Assembly (NCBI GenBank): GCA_034431095.1
Contig: DAOUDM010000035.1
Coordinates: 844-64,843, forward strand
DNA length: 64,000 bases
From: Dehalococcoidales bacterium
GTDB lineage: Bacteria; Chloroflexota; Dehalococcoidia; Dehalococcoidales; W693
Direction of reading: 5' to 3'
Position 1 is the first letter of the stretch; each line of letters opens with the position of its first letter. The notes beneath the pieces were generated by a model. That model was not told the origin of the DNA, did no database searches, and saw only the letters and a program-made list of their open reading frames with translations. The position numbers and the translations under genes were made by a program. This document shows positions 1-8,533 of the stretch, piece by piece.

Positions 1-1597
<1,597 letters not shown>

Positions 1598-1894
1598 TTA
1601 TTTGCCTTTCTTGGCTAGAATATCGCTCTCGCGTAGAATCATCAGCTTGTCGTCATCGACCTTAATCTCGGTGCCGCCATATCTGGCATAGACTACGATA
1701 TCGCCCACTTTGACGTCCATAGGTATCCGTTTGCCATCCTCCGATAGCCTGCCCTGGCCCACCGCCAGAACCTCTCCCTCCTGGGGCTTTTCCTTGGCTG
1801 TGTCGGGTAGAACGATTCCCCCCTTGGTCACTTCCTCCCTCTCAATCGGTCTGACTACTACCCGGTCAGCCAGCGGCTGAATGTTAATCGCCAT
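1598..1894 (-). CDS. groES: Co-chaperonin GroES (Cpn10)
   Basis: ORF 1598..1942 trimmed to the ATG at 1894 ([46 protein letters not shown]...), 98 aa. GGAGGAGG lies just upstream. The longer ORF-track start would read through the CIRCE operator. Confidence 0.95.
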   Translation of the reverse strand: MAINIQPLADRVVVRPIEREEVTKGGIVLPDTAKEKPQEGEVLAVGQGRLSEDGKRIPMDVKVGDIVVYARYGGTEIKVDDDKLMILRESDILAKKGK

Positions 1895-1935
1895 TCTTGC
1901 CCTCCTCCTTCCTTTTAGTTTATTTAATCGCAAAA

Positions 1936-1962
1936 TTAGCAATCTCGGGCAGAGACTGCTAA
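1936..1962 (-). promoter_or_regulatory. CIRCE (HrcA-type) inverted-repeat operator upstream of groES-groEL
   Basis: TTAGCAATC-N9-GACTGCTAA versus the consensus TTAGCACTC-N9-GAGTGCTAA, with one mismatch per arm. It sits between the candidate promoter and the groES start. Confidence 0.8.
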
Positions 1963-1966
1963 ATTA

Positions 1967-1995
1967 ATGATAGCGTAATTGGCTCTGCGCTGCAA
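1967..1995 (-). promoter_or_regulatory. Candidate sigma-70-type promoter of groESL
   Basis: The reverse strand reads TTGCAG-N17-TATCAT (-35 at 1990-1995, -10 at 1967-1972), immediately followed by CIRCE. Confidence 0.45.
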
Positions 1996-2195
1996 CTTGA
2001 AAATATCTATTGAGAGGTATTGGCAATAAAATACAGTCATTTATCAGCTAAGAGTGGCTATTATCTCTATGGATTGCTCGTTAGCCCTGTATATCAGACT
2101 AATACAATATATTAGCCTCCGTAACTTTAATATTCAAACCAGACGGTTTAGAATGATGTTATGATTGGAAACAATGATAAAAACGGGTTGGAGTA

Positions 2196-2711
2196 GTGAT
2201 TAAGATTGAACTTTTTCAGGGTGATATTACACTACTTGAGCTTGATGCCCTGGTGAATGCGGCCAATAACCGGTTGTGGATGGGTGCTGGGGTAGCCGGT
2301 GCCATCAAGCAGGCCGGCGGCGGCCAGATTGAGGCCGAGGCGGTGAGTAAGGGGCCTGTTTCTGTCGGTGAGGCGGTGGTTACCGGAGCTGGTAAGCTCA
2401 AAGCAGGGTATATCATACATGCTGCGGTAATGGGGCCGGATATGACCACCGACGCCGGGAAAATACGGCAGGCAACCAGAAACGGCCTGCTCAGAGCGGA
2501 AGAGCTAGGCATCGAGAGTATCGCCTTCCCCGCTCTGGGTACTGGCGTCGGTGGCTTCCCGGTTGATGAGTGTGCCCGGATAATGATTGGCGAGGTGCTT
2601 AAATACCCGTCCGGTGAAACGGGGCTTAAGAAGGTGGTCTTCGCCTTATTTGATGAACGGGATTACCGGGTATTCCAGCAGGAGCTTGACAGGCAGGCTA
2701 AACCAGCTTGA
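2196..2711 (+). CDS. Macro domain protein (ADP-ribose binding / O-acetyl-ADP-ribose deacetylase-like)
   Basis: 171 aa with a GTG start. [34 protein letters not shown] and [14 protein letters not shown] are typical macro-domain motifs. Its 3' end overlaps the convergent tsaD by 14 nt. Confidence 0.85.
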   Translation: MIKIELFQGDITLLELDALVNAANNRLWMGAGVAGAIKQAGGGQIEAEAVSKGPVSVGEAVVTGAGKLKAGYIIHAAVMGPDMTTDAGKIRQATRNGLLRAEELGIESIAFPALGTGVGGFPVDECARIMIGEVLKYPSGETGLKKVVFALFDERDYRVFQQELDRQAKPA

Positions 2712-3675
2712 GCCCGGGAACAACGTCCATATCCAGCCCGTCTGTCATGCCCGCCTGGAGGCGGAAGTAGCCGCAGGCGGCTACCATCGCCGCATTGTCG
2801 GTGCACAGTATCGGCTCGGGTATCAGCACAGGTACCGGCGATTCATCCGATAGGCGCTGTCGCAGGCGCCGGTTGGCGGCAACGCCGCCGGAAAGCAGAA
2901 CCTGCTTTATCCGATGCTGTCTGGCGGCAGCTATCGTTTTAGCGACCAGCACATCTACAATCGCTTCCTGAAAGCTGGCGGCGGCATCAGCTGTATTATC
3001 GACTTTACCCGTCTCCACCAGTCTGAACAGGGCTGTCTTAACGCCACTGAAGCTGAAGTCGCTGGTGCCTTTCAACCAGGCGCGCGGTAGCTCAATTGAG
3101 GCGGTACCTTTCTCGGCCGCCTGGTCAATGGCGGGACCGCCGGGGTATCCCAGCCCCAGTATGCGGGCGGCTTTGTCGAAGGCTTCACCGGCGGCGTCGT
3201 CCCGCGTTCGCCCAAGTACCACATAGTCCCCGTGGTCTCGCATCAGCACCAGGTCGCTGTGCCCGCCGGAGACGATGAGGCAGAGCAGGGGGAACTCGGG
3301 TTTGCGGTCGGCGAGCCAGTTGGCGTAGATGTGGGCTTCGAGGTGGTTGACACCGGTGATGGACAACCCCTGGACAGTGGCAATGGCTTTGGCAACACTG
3401 ACCCCCACCAGAAGTGAGCCAGCAAGACCGGGCCCTTTGGTAACGGCGATGCCATCCAGGTCTTGCCAGCCGACATTACCCCTGTCCATCGCCTGCTGGA
3501 TGATGGGGATAATAGCCAGTATGTGCTGTCTTGAAGCGACCTCGGGGACGATGCCTCCGTAGCGGGCGTGCAACTCCACCTGGGAGGCAATCTCGTTGGA
3601 CAGAACGCTGACCCCGTCCTCGACTACGGCGGCGGCTGTTTCATCGCAGGAGGTCTCGATGCCCAGTATCTTCAC
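2698..3675 (-). CDS. tsaD: tRNA N6-adenosine threonylcarbamoyltransferase TsaD
   Basis: 325 aa. [19 protein letters not shown]-terminus, with HLEAHIYA and [11 protein letters not shown] motifs of the Kae1/TsaD family. Confidence 0.95.
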   Translation of the reverse strand: MKILGIETSCDETAAAVVEDGVSVLSNEIASQVELHARYGGIVPEVASRQHILAIIPIIQQAMDRGNVGWQDLDGIAVTKGPGLAGSLLVGVSVAKAIATVQGLSITGVNHLEAHIYANWLADRKPEFPLLCLIVSGGHSDLVLMRDHGDYVVLGRTRDDAAGEAFDKAARILGLGYPGGPAIDQAAEKGTASIELPRAWLKGTSDFSFSGVKTALFRLVETGKVDNTADAAASFQEAIVDVLVAKTIAAARQHRIKQVLLSGGVAANRRLRQRLSDESPVPVLIPEPILCTDNAAMVAACGYFRLQAGMTDGLDMDVVPGLKLV

Positions 3676-3744
3676 ATTTAGAATTATAGCACAGGGAAAG
3701 CCGGCTATTTATTAATATAACGTTTTAGCTATATTGTAAACAAC

Positions 3745-3863
3745 CTATCCCCCTACCCCTTCCCTTGTTAGGGAAGGGGGGTAAGTTTGGGAGGGGGCTT
3801 TGCCCCTCCCAAAAAACCTTCCCCCTCTCCTATCTAGGAGAGGGGGATACAGGGGGTGAGGTG
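3745..3863. repeat. G/C-rich hairpin-module cluster, locus A
   Basis: Three consecutive hairpins: CCCCTTCCC-TTGTTA-GGGAAGGGG (3756-3779), GGGAGGGGGC-TTT-GCCCCTCCC (3789-3810) and CCCCCTCTCC-TATCTA-GGAGAGGGGG (3821-3846). A tail ATACAGGGGGTGAGG follows. The same modules recur at loci B-F. Confidence 0.9.
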
Positions 3864-4087
3864 TTCCTCTATAAAAGAGAGCAAAGCCATTCTTTTTGAC
3901 ACGACTGTTAGCCAAGGATATTACGATTTTGCGTAGAAAGTATTGCTTAGTTCCGTTTCTATTTGTCTCCTTCTTCATAATAATAGTCTGTCAAAAGCTG
4001 CCAATGCCTGCTAGTGATTTGACAAAATAAGTAACACTATGTTACCTTAAGTACATGGTGTAACACTAAGGAAGGCAATGTAACCAC

Positions 4088-4483
4088 ATGGCACTTAAGG
4101 ATTCATATATTACAATTTCAGAGGCTGCAAAGAAAGCAGGTGTGACTAGGCAGACCGTTTCTCGCTGGATTAAAGATGGCAAACTGCCCGCCGAAAAGAT
4201 TGGAAGGGAAACTCTCATTAAAAAGAAGGATTTGACTAAAATTGGACAAGCTAGACTTGCTGAGACTTTTGATAGTGCTGTTCTGCTTAGTTTTATTAGT
4301 GAAATACGGGAAAGAGGTAAATACAGTGAAAATGATGAAATAACCCATATAGGGAATTTGGTATTTGATATAAAAAAGCAAGATGGCACCCATGATATAG
4401 CTGACGTTCGCTCATTTGTTATAGAGCCCGAAGAAATAAAGATTAAACCAAAAGAAAAATATACAGGAAAGGGAGAAGATTAA
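4088..4483 (+). CDS. Excisionase-family (MerR-like) helix-turn-helix DNA-binding protein with an uncharacterised C-terminal extension
   Basis: 131 aa. The N-terminus YITISEAAKKAGVTRQTVSRWIKDGKLPAEKIGRETLIKKKDL fits the excisionase/HTH_17 pattern. The gene is low-GC (about 28-50% in samples). It is followed by a strong hairpin and then a tRNA. Confidence 0.7.
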   Translation: MALKDSYITISEAAKKAGVTRQTVSRWIKDGKLPAEKIGRETLIKKKDLTKIGQARLAETFDSAVLLSFISEIRERGKYSENDEITHIGNLVFDIKKQDGTHDIADVRSFVIEPEEIKIKPKEKYTGKGED

Positions 4484-4488
4484 TAATT

Positions 4489-4520
4489 AGGAGTGGTATT
4501 AAATACCACTCCTCGTTTGT
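4489..4520 (+). terminator. Intrinsic-terminator-like hairpin after the HTH gene
   Basis: AGGAGTGGTAT-TAA-ATACCACTCCT forms an 11-bp perfect stem (4489-4513), followed by CGTTTGTT. It lies 5 nt after the stop codon. Confidence 0.6.
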
Positions 4521-4524
4521 TATC

Positions 4525-4607
4525 GGCGACGTGCTGGAATTGGCATACAGGCCGAGCTGTCAACTCGGTGGCCTGAAGCCTTGGGAGTTCGAGTCTCCCC
4601 GTCGCCA
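4525..4607 (+). tRNA. Class II tRNA (long variable arm, A73) whose anticodon loop reads CUGUCAA, giving anticodon GUC (Asp); isotype anomalous
   Basis: Manual cloverleaf follows. Acceptor GGCGACG/CGTCGCC, 7 bp and perfect. D arm CTG-GAATTGGCATA-CAG. Anticodon stem CCGAG/CTCGG with loop C-T-GTC-A-A (anticodon 4559-4561). Variable arm of 14 nt, T-GGC-CTGAA-GCC-TT. T arm GGGAG-TTCGAGT-CTCCC. Discriminator A, followed by CCG, so CCA is not fully encoded. Confidence 0.85.
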
Positions 4608-4671
4608 CCGTATTATATGTTATGGCTTCCTTTTAGTTTTGTCAATACTAATCTAGATAATATTTTGCTTT

Positions 4672-4700
4672 TTGACACGCTTATTATCCAATGCTATTAT
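4672..4700 (+). promoter_or_regulatory. Candidate promoter for the CNNM/CorC-family gene
   Basis: TTGACA (4672-4677), a 17-nt spacer, then TATTAT (4695-4700). It lies about 70 nt upstream of the ATG at 4769. Confidence 0.45.
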
Positions 4701-4768
4701 GGTTTATAGGTAGCTTCAAGGCTGCCGGTAAGCTCTATATGGTAAGAGTAAAAGTGAGGTGAGGCGGT

Positions 4769-6052
4769 ATGTCTGTTGAAACACTGTATCTGGTGTTTCT
4801 TTTTATTTGTCTTGTTCTATCAGCCTTCTTCTCCAGTTCGGAGACGGCCTTTATTTCTCTGGAGAGGTTTCGTGTCCAGCATATGGTCGAGACCAAGGTC
4901 AGGGGGGCAAAGCGGGTCGCCAAGATGCTGGAGCGGCCGGACAGGTTTCTGTCCACCATCCTGCTGGGCAATAACCTGGTTAACACTGCCGCCGTTGCCA
5001 TAGCTACTATACTGGCGATAAATATCTGGGGGCAGGATACGGGTGTTATCATCGCCACCTTCGGCATGGCGATGTTACTTTTGATATTTGCCGAGACCGT
5101 GCCCAAGACCTTCGCCAACCGCCACGCTGAAAGGCTGGCTCTGCTATTTGTGCGCCCTATAGAGATAATCTCCTGGATTTTCTCTCCGGTGGTGGTGGTT
5201 TTAAGCTGGCTGGTATCGGGTGTGACCAGGCTGACTGGCGGAACGCCGGTGCCCAAGTCACTGGTCAGCGATGAGGAAATCCGCACCATGATTATGGTGG
5301 GGCACAAGGAGGGCACGGTGGAAAAGGCGGAGGCTGAGATGCTGAATGCCGTTTTTGAGTTTGGCGATAGACCTGTCAGCGAGATGCTGGTGCCCCGACC
5401 CGAGGTCGTCGGCATCGAGAAAGGCGAGACGCTGGCAGGGTTCCTGGCTATCTATTCCGAGTCTCCCATCTCCCGGTTCCCGGTGTACGAGGAGAATATG
5501 GACAACGTGGTCGGTGTCCTGTCTATCAAGGATGTGCTGATGGCTCTGGCGAAGGGGGCGGTAACAAATGACAGCCCCATCGATGAGCTTATCCGCCCGG
5601 CCTATTTCACCCCGGAGACAAAACGTATCAGCGAGCTCTTTGCCGAGATGCGGGACAAGAACTACCGTATGGCTATCGTCGTTGACGAATACGGTGGTAC
5701 CGCCGGCATCGTCAGCCTGAGCCGCCTGATGGAGGAGATAGTCGGCCCGGTGGGGGACGAACTGGTAGCGGCCGAGAAAGAATACGAGTCGATAGATGAG
5801 TATACCTTTCAGGTTGACGGTGGTATGCGCATTGAGGAAGCCAATGAGGAGCTGGGACTGGAATTGCCCGAGGGCGATTATGAGACTATCGCTGGCTTTG
5901 TTCTCCATCTGCTGGGGCGTATCCCCAAACAGGGGAAACAATTGAAGTACCAGGGCTTGAAGATGGTCATCACCAAGATGAAGGGGCATAAGATAGAGGA
6001 AATCCTGCTGACCAAGGAAAAGGGAAAGAAGGATGAATCGGCTGCGGGTTAG
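4769..6052 (+). CDS. CNNM/HlyC-CorC family transporter-associated protein (DUF21 + CBS pair + CorC_HlyC)
   Basis: 427 aa. The N-terminal half has multiple TM segments, followed by the CBS-pair region (ISRFPVYEENMDNVVGVLSIKDV...YRMAIVVDEYGGTAGIVS). The C-terminal transporter-associated domain is YTFQVDGGMRIEEANEELGLELPEGDYETIAGFV. Confidence 0.9.
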   Translation: MSVETLYLVFLFICLVLSAFFSSSETAFISLERFRVQHMVETKVRGAKRVAKMLERPDRFLSTILLGNNLVNTAAVAIATILAINIWGQDTGVIIATFGMAMLLLIFAETVPKTFANRHAERLALLFVRPIEIISWIFSPVVVVLSWLVSGVTRLTGGTPVPKSLVSDEEIRTMIMVGHKEGTVEKAEAEMLNAVFEFGDRPVSEMLVPRPEVVGIEKGETLAGFLAIYSESPISRFPVYEENMDNVVGVLSIKDVLMALAKGAVTNDSPIDELIRPAYFTPETKRISELFAEMRDKNYRMAIVVDEYGGTAGIVSLSRLMEEIVGPVGDELVAAEKEYESIDEYTFQVDGGMRIEEANEELGLELPEGDYETIAGFVLHLLGRIPKQGKQLKYQGLKMVITKMKGHKIEEILLTKEKGKKDESAAG

Positions 6053-6671
6053 ATTCAAGCGGGGGGATAGTGTCAAGTTCATCTCCCACCTGGATATAAT
6101 AAGACTATGGCATAGGGCTTTGCGCCGTGCTGGAATAGACCTCGCCTATTCGGAGGGATTCAATCCCCATCCGCGGATAGCCTTAGCCGCTCCTCTGGCT
6201 CTGGGCATAACCAGCGACGCAGAGCTTATGGATATCTTTATTAACCGGCATATCTCGCCGCATTCTTTTACCGCTCTGGTCGGTCGGCAACTGCCCCCGG
6301 GTATTGAGATACTACAGGTGTGTCTTGTGGCGCCAACTCTGCCGGCGTTGCAATCGCAGGTTCGTTTTGCCGAATATATTGTGGAAGTAGGGGGGGCGGC
6401 TGGTGATGTGGCGGCGGCCATTGCTTCCCTGCTGGATAAAGAGCACCTGCCTTGGCAGCACCAGCGGGATACCGGCACTAGGAGCTACGACCTGAGACCT
6501 CTGATTGATGACCTGTGGCTGGCTAGCTGGCATGACGACGGCGGTGCAATTGGCATGCGGCTGCGCTGTGGCAGCAATGGTTCTGGGAGGCCGGAGCAGG
6601 TGGTAAAAGCCCTGGGTCTGGGCGAGCCCGGCGCCATTCACCGTACCAGGCTGATCCTGGAAACGAGTTGA
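6033..6671 (+). CDS. DUF2344 / TIGR03936-type radical-SAM-associated protein
   Basis: 212 aa. RVRFKRGDSVKFISHLDIIRLWHRALRRAGIDLAYSEGFNPHPRIALAAPLALG matches my recollection of the DUF2344 signature. It overlaps the upstream gene by 20 nt. Confidence 0.75.
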   Translation: MNRLRVRFKRGDSVKFISHLDIIRLWHRALRRAGIDLAYSEGFNPHPRIALAAPLALGITSDAELMDIFINRHISPHSFTALVGRQLPPGIEILQVCLVAPTLPALQSQVRFAEYIVEVGGAAGDVAAAIASLLDKEHLPWQHQRDTGTRSYDLRPLIDDLWLASWHDDGGAIGMRLRCGSNGSGRPEQVVKALGLGEPGAIHRTRLILETS

Positions 6672-7834
6672 ACGAATTGAATAGCTCCATCCTGGATAAA
6701 GATACCAAGGTAGAGCCGGTGCTGGAACCGGAAAGGCAGGAGAAGGCGAGGCAATATGCCCATACCAATCGTTGCCTGACCATCGCCGAGCTGGTACTGG
6801 CTGGCATAGCTCTGGTTTTACTGATATTCGGTGGCTTTTCGGAAAAGATTACCGGTTATTTTAATCTGCCATTGGTTGCTACGGCTGCCATTTATATTAT
6901 CATACTCATAGCGGTTTACGGGCTTATTTCGACACCGATAAGCTGTTATCGCGGCTTCGTTCTGCCCCGGCGTTACGGGCTGAGCAACCAGGGATTCGCC
7001 GGCTGGCTCGGTGATTATATTAAGGCTGGTATTCTAGCTGTGATATTGGGCACTGGTATTGTTGCCGCCAGCTATTGGTTTATAAGTACTTTGCCTCAGG
7101 TCTGGTGGGTGCTTGCCTGGGGATTGCTGGTACTGATTAGCCTGATACTAAGTATCTTAATGCCAGTAGTTCTGGTGCCGCTTTTCTATAAGACGAAACC
7201 CATCGAAGATGAAGCTCTGAAAGGAAGGTTCAGGCGGCTGGCAGAGAAAGCTAACGCCGATATCAAAGATTTTTATACCCTGGAATTCAGTAGTAAGGGT
7301 TCAACAGCTAATGCTGCAATGATGGGAACGGGCAAGACAAAACGTATCGCTTTAAGCGATACGTTACTGGAAGGATATACCCCCGAAGAGATAGAGGTTA
7401 TCATTGCCCATGAATTGGGGCATTATAAAAACAAGGATTTTATACGCTTATTTCTTTTTCAGGTTGTTCTTATGTTTGTATATTTTGGGCTTACGCATAT
7501 CATTACGATAGCTCTGGTAGCGCCGTTGGGGCTTGGCGGTATCAGCGATGTGGCGGCACTGCCTCTGATGATTCTGGTTTTTGCCATTTTAAGCCTGCTG
7601 CTTGTGCCCTTTTCCAATGCTATCGTACGGCGTTTGGAGCATGAGGCTGATGATTTTGCCCTTCATCTGACAGGACGGCCACAGGCATTCATAACCATGA
7701 TGACAAAACTTACCGACCAGAACCTGGCCGAAGCCGAGCCCAACCGCTGGGTCGAGCGTTTGTTTAGTGACCACCCCAGCTACAATAGTCGGCTGGAGCA
7801 CGCCCGTTGCTATTTGGAAAAGCCTGGTGAATAG
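6668..7834 (+). CDS. M48-family (Ste24/HtpX-like) zinc metallopeptidase, membrane-bound
   Basis: 388 aa with several TM helices and the HEXXH motif IAHELGHYKNKD. The TTG start overlaps the upstream stop (TTGA). Confidence 0.85.
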   Translation: MNELNSSILDKDTKVEPVLEPERQEKARQYAHTNRCLTIAELVLAGIALVLLIFGGFSEKITGYFNLPLVATAAIYIIILIAVYGLISTPISCYRGFVLPRRYGLSNQGFAGWLGDYIKAGILAVILGTGIVAASYWFISTLPQVWWVLAWGLLVLISLILSILMPVVLVPLFYKTKPIEDEALKGRFRRLAEKANADIKDFYTLEFSSKGSTANAAMMGTGKTKRIALSDTLLEGYTPEEIEVIIAHELGHYKNKDFIRLFLFQVVLMFVYFGLTHIITIALVAPLGLGGISDVAALPLMILVFAILSLLLVPFSNAIVRRLEHEADDFALHLTGRPQAFITMMTKLTDQNLAEAEPNRWVERLFSDHPSYNSRLEHARCYLEKPGE

Positions 7835-7872
7835 GTAGACAGCCTTTATTGCTCAGCCTTATAGGTGGATAA

Positions 7873-8487
7873 TTGCTAGCGAGAATTATACTAATAAGAC
7901 ACGGTGAGACCGACTGGAATCTGGAAAGGCGTATCCAGGGCGGCTCCAGCAACCCACCCCTGAATGCCAAGGGAAGAGAGCAAGCCGAGAGCCTGGCACA
8001 GAGGCTGGAGGAGGAAGAAATCCAGGCTATCTACTCCAGCCCGCTACAGCGTGGGCTGGATACGGCAAGTGTTATAGCTCGTTACCATAAAATTGAGGTG
8101 GCAATCGAGCCGTCGCTGAGAGAGATAGAGGCCGGTGAGCTGGAGGGCGTCACCCTTGCTGAGCTGGGCAGACACTTCAGTGAGCTTTTAATCCAGAATG
8201 CCGGTGATAATATATTCCCCAGGGTGCCTGGCGGTGAATCGTTGCCGGAGGTGCAACAGCGGGGTTGGGGGGCGGTACAGAGTCTTGCCGAAAAACACCC
8301 TGACGGGGCGTTGGTGCTGGTCAGCCACTACTTTGTTATCCTGAGCATCATCTGTTTGGTACTGGGACTGCCGCTATCGCAGATATCCAGGCTCAGGTTG
8401 GGCACCGGCAGTATAAGCATCATTAACCTCGATGGCCATGAGGCGCGGTTAGAGTTGTTCAATGAGACTGGCTACCTAACAAAGTAG
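7873..8487 (+). CDS. Histidine phosphatase family protein (phosphoglycerate-mutase-like)
   Basis: 204 aa. ILIRHGETDWN catalytic RHG motif at the N-terminus, with LVLVSH later in the protein. Confidence 0.85.
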   Translation: MLARIILIRHGETDWNLERRIQGGSSNPPLNAKGREQAESLAQRLEEEEIQAIYSSPLQRGLDTASVIARYHKIEVAIEPSLREIEAGELEGVTLAELGRHFSELLIQNAGDNIFPRVPGGESLPEVQQRGWGAVQSLAEKHPDGALVLVSHYFVILSIICLVLGLPLSQISRLRLGTGSISIINLDGHEARLELFNETGYLTK

Positions 8488-8533
8488 TTCAAACATTGCC
8501 CCCATTATCCCGGCTGACTATAATAGAATTGAA

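Noticed and set aside
3745-3978. ORFs translated across hairpin-repeat clusters (3745..3978 minus, 33700..33882 plus, 39638..39940 plus).
   Set aside because: Their 'proteins' are simply the repeat modules read in frame (for example SPSPYQGEGDKGDRV, PSPCKERGS). The same DNA recurs in both orientations and in different frames at other loci.
4525-4607. tRNA-Sec (selC) or an alternative register giving a CAA/UCA anticodon for the class II tRNA.
   Set aside because: The acceptor and T stems are 7/5, not 8/5. The D arm is not the 6-bp Sec type. Any register placing UCA or CAA at positions 34-36 destroys U33/purine-37 and the 5-bp anticodon stem.
4645-4655. The 11-mer ATACTAATCTA shared between the tRNA downstream region (4645-4655) and the surface-protein leader (25869-25879).
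   Set aside because: Hundreds of chance 11-mer matches are expected in 64 kb counting both strands, and there is no extended similarity around the match.
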